Positions 63,689-64,000 of a stretch of DNA of 64,000 nt are shown piece after piece. Source of the stretch: Phoronis australis (Eukaryota > Animalia > Phoronida); the NCBI GenBank assembly GCA_002633005.1, contig NMRA01000102.1, positions 537,067 to 601,066 on the forward strand, given 5' to 3'. The position numbers and the translations under genes were made by a program. The notes below the pieces were generated by a model, which did no database searches, had not been told where the DNA came from, and saw only the letters and a program-made list of their open reading frames with translations. Numbering within the stretch: position 1 is the first letter of the stretch; each line of letters begins with the position of its first letter.

Positions 63689-63823
63689 ATGTTCTGTTGT
63701 GTGCCGCATTGCAGCAGTTCATCAAATAAGTGTAAACTTTCGTTTCATAAATTCCCTAAGGATGAAGTTCTTCGTCGTAAATGGATTTGTAACATTCGAA
63801 GGGATCCTGGAAGACATTTCAAG
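63689..63823 (+). CDS. Intact first exon of a THAP-domain protein, probably the transposase of an element continuing past the window
   Basis: MFCCVPHCSSSSNKCKLSFHKFPKDEVLRRKWICNIRRDPGRHFK (45 codons, no stops) followed by donor AAG|GTAAAT. Canonical C-x-V-P-x-C, FH.FP and W..IRR THAP motifs. Confidence 0.8.
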
Positions 63824-64000
63824 GTAAATGAAGTGCTGAAATAAATATTTTATCGTCGCATATTTACTTAACGTAATTCGTACCGATCAGCTGAGATTGA
63901 TCGAGTGATATCTGCCGACTTGTCTTGATCATGTGTCAGTTCACTGTCGCAATTCCTTTCAAGCTGTGTTTTAACTTTCGGCAGGCTGTCAAGACTGTGT

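Overview
This is AT-rich, intron-containing animal DNA, most likely from a marine invertebrate (inference). It is not prokaryotic: no CRISPR array, rRNA or convincing tRNA was seen. There are three recognisable host loci. (1) An apparently intact somatomedin-B + secretin-family 7TM (Methuselah-like/adhesion-type) GPCR on the minus strand. Its 2.16-kb main exon (36816-38977) splices in frame to a signal-peptide exon 21.6 kb away (60549-60603). (2) The last three exons of a CYP2-clan cytochrome P450 on the plus strand, with a premature stop and a frameshift (pseudogene). (3) The first coding exon of a CRAL-TRIO lipid/retinoid-binding protein. Most of the rest is transposon debris: five LINE relics, an Academ-like transposase, six separate THAP-coding segments from P-like, ISL2EU/PIF-like and Kolobok elements, Helentron-associated (DINE-1/HINE-like) repeats, a solo LTR, MITEs and tandem repeats. 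The most notable observations are a fully resolvable nest (HINE > RNase H LINE > Kolobok, plus a solo LTR, all three insertions with target-site duplications), a 38-bp TIR-only micro-transposon matching the end of a THAP/P-like element 20 kb away, a 386-bp palindrome carrying two hammerhead-like Penelope motifs inside the CYP intron, CAG-ended MITEs with 5-bp target duplications, and a candidate 61-aa single-pass membrane micropeptide gene. Family names come from motif recognition only; no database search was run. I found no clear-cut new multi-gene system.
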